A stretch of DNA of 64,000 nt from Eledone cirrhosa (lineage: Eukaryota). The notes under the pieces are model-generated. The model searched no databases. It saw only the letters and a list, made by a program, of their open reading frames with translations, and was not told where the DNA came from. Position numbers and translations under genes: made by a program. Positions 56,641-64,000 of this stretch are shown here, in pieces (within the stretch, counting starts at the first letter, position 1; every line of letters begins with the position of its first letter). The stretch spans positions 294,624,001 through 294,688,000 of the forward strand of contig OZ024743.1 in assembly GCA_964016885.1 (NCBI GenBank), written 5' to 3'.

Positions 56641-57829
56641 GGCGTATATATGTGAGTGAAAAGAAGATAGATTGAGAGAGAGAGATATATATAGTGTGTG
56701 TGTGTTTGTGTCTGTGTGCGCGCGCACTTGTGTGTTTGTTTCTGTAAAAAAGAACGGTTGTTTATTTCCATTTGCCGTAAAATGCGTTTTAGTAAAATAC
56801 TGTTACGTAGAATTTACTAACATAGAATGTCCCAAAAGTTACATTGGTATTTGTAATTTAACTCGTATTTTTATGAGTAAATTAATATTATAACATAGAT
56901 ACGCTTTTATAATGTAAATTAATAACATTTAAATGCCAAAGAATAAATGGTATGATAACACATTTAAAATTTAATCATTTTTTTAAATACCTCGTTAACT
57001 TTGAGGAAACTGTAATATTATTTTAATCAAGATCTGAGTGAATTTTTCTGCTAGGATTTTCTATGTTCTAATTATCGCTCGCTTTCTTTCCAATTTAATC
57101 TAATCTTGTACCAAGGAAATATATTTTGCTGCTGAGTTTGTTCTTGTGGCAATTCACATTTCGATTATTGTCTGTTTTAATGATTGAGGCCCTACGCATG
57201 TTGAAATTAAAGCAGATACTACTTAGAAGAATAAATTAAGGTATTCAAAAACACGTAAAAACTGCTGAAATCTGTAGTAAACAGGATTTAAACAGTGCGA
57301 GCAGATATGTTACCCCCACTCATTGCCTAATTTCTGCTATGGCGGCAATTCCACCAGCTTTTTAATAATCAATGTGAAATTGCCGCCCCCAACTCGGCCT
57401 TATTCACCCGCATCGTCGCTCTATATGACCTACCCCTATCATCCTGTACGAAATCACTCTACTCGCCAGTATGCATTGAAGCCCTCCAAAATTGTCATGG
57501 AATTTCATAACTATTCATATCACCACTATCCACGTTCGATTCCGCGACACATTCTGTCATATCACACCACACATACCACACACAAACATATACACACATA
57601 CACGCATGGTTGCCTTCTTTTCAACCTCTTATTGTATTACACCTATGACTTCACATTTGGTATCATATCATACTTGTACTCACTCCCTATACACGTTTCG
57701 TGATATAGTGCGCCGCACCATAAGTTAGATATATCTCTTGAGTCGAGCCAATAACAAATAACCTCCCTAGTGTTGCTCCCGCCATAAAATGTACATAATA
57801 TACTTTGGAAGGTGTAAGATTGTATGTAA

Positions 57830-58030
57830 GCAAGTGGGGGTCACGGACAGATTTTGCGGGCAAAAGAAAAAAGACCGGCAGAAGACGCAGTGGCAGACTC
57901 CGAATAAGATGGCTGGATAACATTCATGAGTTCGGCTTAAGGTCTCACTTGGAACACGGAAATCCAGTTGGATCAAATGGAGACGGTTGCTTGTGACAGA
58001 ACACGCTGTTGGGCGTGTTTGAGGACTGGC
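57830..58030 (+). mobile_element. LINE 3' ORF remnant (RTE-like)
   Basis: GRRRSGRLRIRWLDNI resembles the GxRxRGRPxxRWxDxI C-terminal motif. Single motif only. Confidence 0.4.
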
Positions 58031-58169
58031 CTCATTTCACTACTTAAGTTTAAATTGGCTAAATAATAACAATGATAATAACTATTAAGAAGAAGATGTA
58101 ACCTCTTTTTCGTATCAACACTCAATGGGATGGGTCACGACCACCTCTTGCAAAAGTACGTTATCATTA

Positions 58170-58261
58170 TTAATTGTTTCTACTTTTGGCACAAGGCCAG
58201 CAAATACCCAGTGTATTACTGGTACTTTATTTTATCGACCCCGTAAGGATGAAAGGCAAAA
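58170..58261 (-). mobile_element. SINE, 3' half
   Basis: aattgtttctacttttggcacaaggccag...gatgaaaggcaaa. Confidence 0.85.
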
Positions 58262-61147
58262 ATGATATTGTTTCAGACTTAAAACAACCAAATGGTTTTG
58301 ATACAAATAACACACAATCAATAACAACAGCAACAACGAAAATAACAGCGATAAGGTTGAGAAAGACAATAACATTGACAATAACAATAACCGCCACAGC
58401 AACAATAACAGTAGCAACAGTATCGACGAAAACAACAATAATAACAGCCACAACAACAATAATAGCATCGACAGTATCAACGAAAACATCAATAATAACA
58501 ACAGCAACAACAACATTAACAGCTGCAACAGTACCAACGAAAACAACAACAATAACAACAACAAGAAGAATAGTAGCAGCAGTAGTGGCAGCAACAATAG
58601 TGCAGCCGAAAAAGGAACCATTTATTTTGCCGGGGTGACCAGGAATGTGGAGACGGTGATATCCACGGAGGAGGTGATGGCTGTCGCAAGAGCCATGGTG
58701 ACTAGAAAAACAAATCGACTCTTATTGAAATCTCCAGCCGAAATTTTAAAAGACCAACAGCTGCGCACGGTGACATACTGTACGATAAGCAAAAGAGTAC
58801 ATATGGTAGAAAGAGCAACGGAGGCTCAAATTCAAAAGGATTTGGTGTGCGTATGGGCACGCAAAACCCACATAACCTGAGGCAAAACGTATGTCACCGT
58901 GGACATGCTTTTTGCCACCCCACAAGAGGCGAAGTCTTACTCCTTGGGGTGACACTAAATAGTGAGGAGATAGTGTTTGTGCCCTCCTACTGCGGGGAGA
59001 ATATTTTGAGTGTCAAAGACCCAGGTCCCGCCCGACGTGCCCATACCTTAGTTGCACGCGTCTGCCCTTGCTGGAATCGAGGACAGGACAACCACGCTGG
59101 AAGTGCAGAGGATAGGAATGCAAATGCTAATTCAAACCGACCATAAGAATGGAAGGAAGGCGCCCAAAGTGTTATCTCTATGGGTCGAAGTGTCACCCCA
59201 AGGTCTTTCGCCCACAGAAGATAGCAAAGGAGAAACCCCCTCATTCCGACATCTGGTCCGCTGCTATCAGGAGCAGGGCAGGCAACAGAAGTGGCAGGTC
59301 CTTCTGCGGTGAGTAGGAGGGCAACGTACGTAGCAAGCATACCAAGATCACGGACAACTAAAACAGCGACTGCAATGGCGGCAACATCAACAGTCGCAGT
59401 AGGTACATCGGTGACAAAATCGCTGGAGCGGACACCACTACCATGGAATGTGAGACAGGGGTGGAGTGGCAAAAGGTCTGCCACAAAAAAGAAAAGCAAA
59501 AAAAGCCTTAGCTTCCCCTTCCAAAAGCAAGGGCAAATAAAGAGGGGTATAGGCTGCAAGGTGACTTGCAGCAAGACCACCACCATCACCATCACCACCA
59601 CAAGCAGCACCACCAACAATAACCACACCATCACCAGCATCATCACATACACCAACATCGCAAATACAACAAGGCACACACGCCCAACAACAGCAACAAG
59701 AACAGAGCTCCTCACCCCCACCCTAAAAAGTACCTAGCCATCAACAGTGCAAATAAAGAACCCATAGAACAAATAAAGCAGCACACAGACATTACACCTG
59801 ATTACACTAAGAACATTACCGAAATATATAAAAATCGTTGAGATCAAACTGGAACAATACAAGCATTTAAAACAAAAATTCCCCAACCGCGTTGGCGATT
59901 TCAGAAGGTCGTTCACCAAGAGAATATACACGTATATTATTTGTGACACACCCATGACCAGCCGAAAGGAAGGTTCGACTGTCCCTTTCCCACAAGATCA
60001 AAGTAAGTGATCCTTTCTCACTTACTCCGTTCCTCACCCATCATGAACGTACTTAGAATTGGCAGTGAAAATGTACGTGGCCTGGGGTCATGTTGTGTGC
60101 AGGGCCGTCTGCTTGACGACCTCAGGTCACGAAACAAAGATGTGGTGGCCATCAGCGAGACTAGAATTTCCGAATCACGAGCCTTCGCACCGACCTTCTG
60201 CGGCTATGATGTATACGCATCTCCCAGCCCTCCAGGAGCGGGGGACGGCTGTGCTTTTTTAGAGTGGCTTGGATCTCGCCATATGGGCCATCTTCTAGGA
60301 ACCAGAAGGTAAGTCAGTGGTGTTCAATGTGACCACAGCGAATGCAATGCTTTCAGGTTAGTAACCGTCTATGCCCCAAAAGGGGTAGGACGGCCAGATT
60401 TCTTCAGACGTCTAGAGATCTGTTTTGGAACGTTCCGCTCTTTAGTGTTAGAGGACGACAGAAATGATACCTGAGATGCACGCTGGCATTGTGTGGGGTT
60501 AGTAGATAGGTGAAGAGGGTGTAAAAGCCTCAACAACCTACTCAGAGGTTTTTAACGGTTTGACAGGTATCGACTATATTATCCAAATGCGCCAATATAG
60601 ACATGGGCAAACTGCCTCGGGTCATCCAGATCATATCTCGATAGGGTATTACGTAACGAAACAGATAAGGCTAGTGTAGGTTGTCCTCAATTTAAAGTAG
60701 TCGACTACACAGGCCTGAAATTTGTGATCTGTGAAGTTGATTTAGATAGACTCCATAGGCAAGGTCGCGGTTATTGGAAGCTGAACACCTCGTTCCCAGG
60801 GTTTACCCCTCTCGCCCCTCTTGTACGTATTGATCCGCGAGCCATTACTATACAAACTGGAGACGATGAGGAATGTCCCACGCGAACTGGGATGCGGGAG
60901 ATCTCTATCGGCTTGCGCCAACGACGTCATCGTGGTGGTGTCGAGCATCAGACACGTCGAGGTGCACGGCGCCTCTTTCAAGGTATATGATCCGGTAACA
61001 GGAAAAAGCGGTGGGCTTGCAGCTCGGCACCTGGAGCTGTAAGTTCATCCCGTCCGACAGCGTCGTGGGGCGCTGGACAGAAGGAACAGTTAAATTGCTC
61101 GGGATCTGGTTAGGTCCGGACCTCCAGAGGGAGCGAGGTGACGAGCT
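58262..61147 (+). mobile_element. Decayed Tx1 copy with large internal deletion and no 3' end
   Basis: ORF1 remnants (RTVTYCTISKRVHMVERATEAQIQ; FVPSYCG); ORF2 start VLRIGSENVRGLG...AISETR; YWKLNTSFP fused to QGLPLSPLLY at about 60795. Confidence 0.88.
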
Positions 61148-61197
61148 ATTTTAATTATAGGGGACTAGTGTGAGTTTTTCACTCAATATATACTACA

Positions 61198-61257
<60 letters not shown>

Positions 61258-61646
61258 AGTGGAAGCTTAATAAAATCAAAGCTTTGGCTGTGGCCAAGCA
61301 AAGTCGACCTACAATAAGGAATGAGTAGCAAAGCACTCAATAAAGGTAGGTCCTTAGAGTAATAATATACATTTAAATAGCTTGACAAATTGAAAATTGC
61401 GGTAGGCAAAACCCAACCATACAATACCAAAGTAACGAAAGAACTAATCAGGTTAAAAACATATCTGGACAGATCGGACGATATTCTGCAATACGTGCGA
61501 TATGTTTCTATGAATCGGAAACTTATATATACGTATATATATATATATATACGTATATATAACAAAGAAATTGTTGTACCAAACCAGGTGGATCATAATG
61601 GACCAGAGTACTCGATATACTTAGTGTAGTACAGTGGGTACCAGGA

Positions 61647-61748
61647 AAAGTGTCGGGACACTGACGGCTGAGCTCCGGCAGTTTCGACACCTAGATCCGA
61701 ACGGTTCTAGATCAGTTCGGAGCTTAGCTGTCGGGTTCCTGACTCTTT
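61647..61748. other. GC-rich ~100-nt hairpin with an antisense hammerhead-like core, between TA runs
   Basis: About 27-bp outer stem plus inner ctagatccg/cggttctag. Minus strand reads CTGAT..[stem]..gtgtc-GAAAC. Confidence 0.5.
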
Positions 61749-62531
61749 GCCTATATATATATATATATATACCTATACATACTCGTATTCACAGACGCAC
61801 ACAGTTGAAACATACATAAAATCTTACATATGCATACGCATTACCCCCGTCATCATTTTCATATTTCAGAAAATGAATGTTAAACTGAGACCTAAATGAC
61901 AAGTGAAGTATATTTAATATTTCAGAAGAATTGACATTTGGAAACTTATGAACTTCAAATATGATTTATTTGAAAATACTGATGAATTCAGATGTCAAGC
62001 CAGGGCAAATTCTTATCATTGACATCTACGAATACTTACTTGAAGATGTTGATAAGTTACTTGACATGTTAAATATATTCTGATTTATTTAATATCTAGA
62101 TAATTTTGTTGATTTGTGTCAGTTATATTAATTTCGCCTTATTTAGTTTAATGTTTTTTGCCTATTTTATTTGTATACCTATTTTAATTTTAGTTATTTT
62201 TTTAGTGATTTCATTTTCGTTTTGTTATTGGTGAAGTCATCTTATAAGTATTGATTTTTGTTTAAATATCTCCTCGTAGCAAAACGTAGACCTCATTTTC
62301 ATGTTCGCTTTTTTAATGTTTTGATTATATTCTCTTTGTCTCCGAGTTAGAAGATTTACATACAATATCGTAAACTATTACTAAAATATTGCCTGCCAAA
62401 TCTACTGATGTCCAAACTAAAAACTGTGATAGGTCTCGCAATGCCCACGTCGATGTTAGCAGAGGAAATGACCTTAAAGCATTTGTTGGATACGATTGGA
62501 ATACCCTTCCAAAAGAAATGATATATATGTA

Positions 62532-62622
<91 letters not shown>

Positions 62623-62668
62623 GCATACACACGTACACACACACACATATATTTATATACATATATAA

Positions 62669-62719
<51 letters not shown>

Positions 62720-63134
62720 TAATGGTAGCTAAGATGCTTCCATAGGCGGTATGCCGGTTGAGCACTCTATGCTCCAACGAAGCAGTGTAATATAGATTGG
62801 AGAACGAAATATCAGTGATGCATCGGAACTCAATTTATTGTGTGTTACAATTGTTTCCTCGGTGAACATCTTGAGGTGCGATCTGTGTGTGGATCTACCT
62901 GACTCTAGACTCGCAGGTTCCTCGGACATGTCCATTGATTTCGGAGCAAATCCTCTTTCTGCGGATTCTGACCCTACAGGTCTATATCGTCCACTTTCAT
63001 CCGCTTTGCGCGTCTTTGGATTGGTCACTGGTTAGTGACGTCATCATTATCTGACCACTGGTAACAGCCCGGTGACTGTCAGGGCGTGAGCTGTCACACA
63101 CCCACTGTCCCGTCGGCAAAATTACTGCTGTTTA

Positions 63135-63502
63135 TCAGCTCACACTCCCACTCGGACACACACAGATACTGACAGATACATACAGAGTAGCTTGTGTGCT
63201 TACGTTCACACATGCACGCTCAGAAGCATGCACACATATCCATGTGTACACACTCACACATAAATAGGCACACACATATACGCATACATAGACACAAAGA
63301 GGCACACACACACTCACGCGCGCGCGTGCATATACGCCCGCATATACAGACACACACACATACACATACACGCACCCGTTTACACATGCACACACACACG
63401 TACGCATCCGTACACATACTCGCACAGATATATATACATAAATACACATACATACACACATATGCACATCTGCACATATATATGCATAAATACACACGTA
63501 CG

Positions 63503-63534
<32 letters not shown>

Positions 63535-63780
63535 CACCTACCCACACGCCCACACACACGTACACATACGTCTACACACATAAACACACACATAGTTACA
63601 CATATATATGTATATATACACATACATACCTTTATATACTTTTTTCCCATACACGTGTGCATACACACACACACACACACACACACACAGAGAGACTCGC
63701 ACAAAGATTCTTACACATATGTATATATGTATATACATACATCTACACACACATTAAAAAAATATGCAAAAAATACATGT
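63135..63780. repeat. Degenerate (CA)n/(TA)n low-complexity tract
   Basis: Direct inspection. Confidence 0.9.
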
Positions 63781-64000
63781 AAACAATCATATAAAGATAC
63801 ACATTGGGCTGTACATGCAAAAATGCACCTTGGTGTACTTGCTTAGCTAAGCATTGTAGCTTCTTATCTACCTTAAGGGCGACGGCAAGGTCTTTGGCTT
63901 CTGTATTGATGTCGTGGTAGGACGTAGAGTTAGCCTTCTATATTTAGAGGTTATAGCGTTATGTGCCAAGTGGCTGTAAGTAGTGTTGTTGACTTCGTAA

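Noticed and set aside
58174-58638. Thr-rich mucin-like ORF
   Set aside because: SINE sequence plus the low-complexity (ACA)n-rich 5' part of a Tx1 ORF1.

Overview
AT-rich, microsatellite-saturated eukaryotic DNA with no confidently identifiable host gene. The repeat content resembles a coleoid cephalopod such as Octopus (inference). Most short ORFs in the track are artefacts of (TA)n, (CA)n, (CT)n or (CTA)n runs. Recognisable content: a deleted Helitron with both termini (6266-11333, -); three R4/Dong-type RLE non-LTR retrotransposons plus one very decayed one; four Tx1/L1-clade LINE copies; RTE fragments; many tRNA-derived SINEs with a Deu/Nin-like core; and two Penelope-like element (PLE) GIY-YIG remnants. 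The most striking signal is a set of about 10 mostly sequence-unrelated, non-coding fold-back (inverted-repeat) elements of 0.1-0.65 kb sitting in or against (TA)n tracts, densest at 22.8-28.6 kb. Many carry type I hammerhead ribozyme motifs. Two motifs in the window look intact: 26229-26271 (inside a fold-back) and 34074-34140 (standalone). One fold-back family is demonstrably the 3' end of a GIY-YIG PLE. All calls and coordinates are by eye; no alignment, folding or database search was run.
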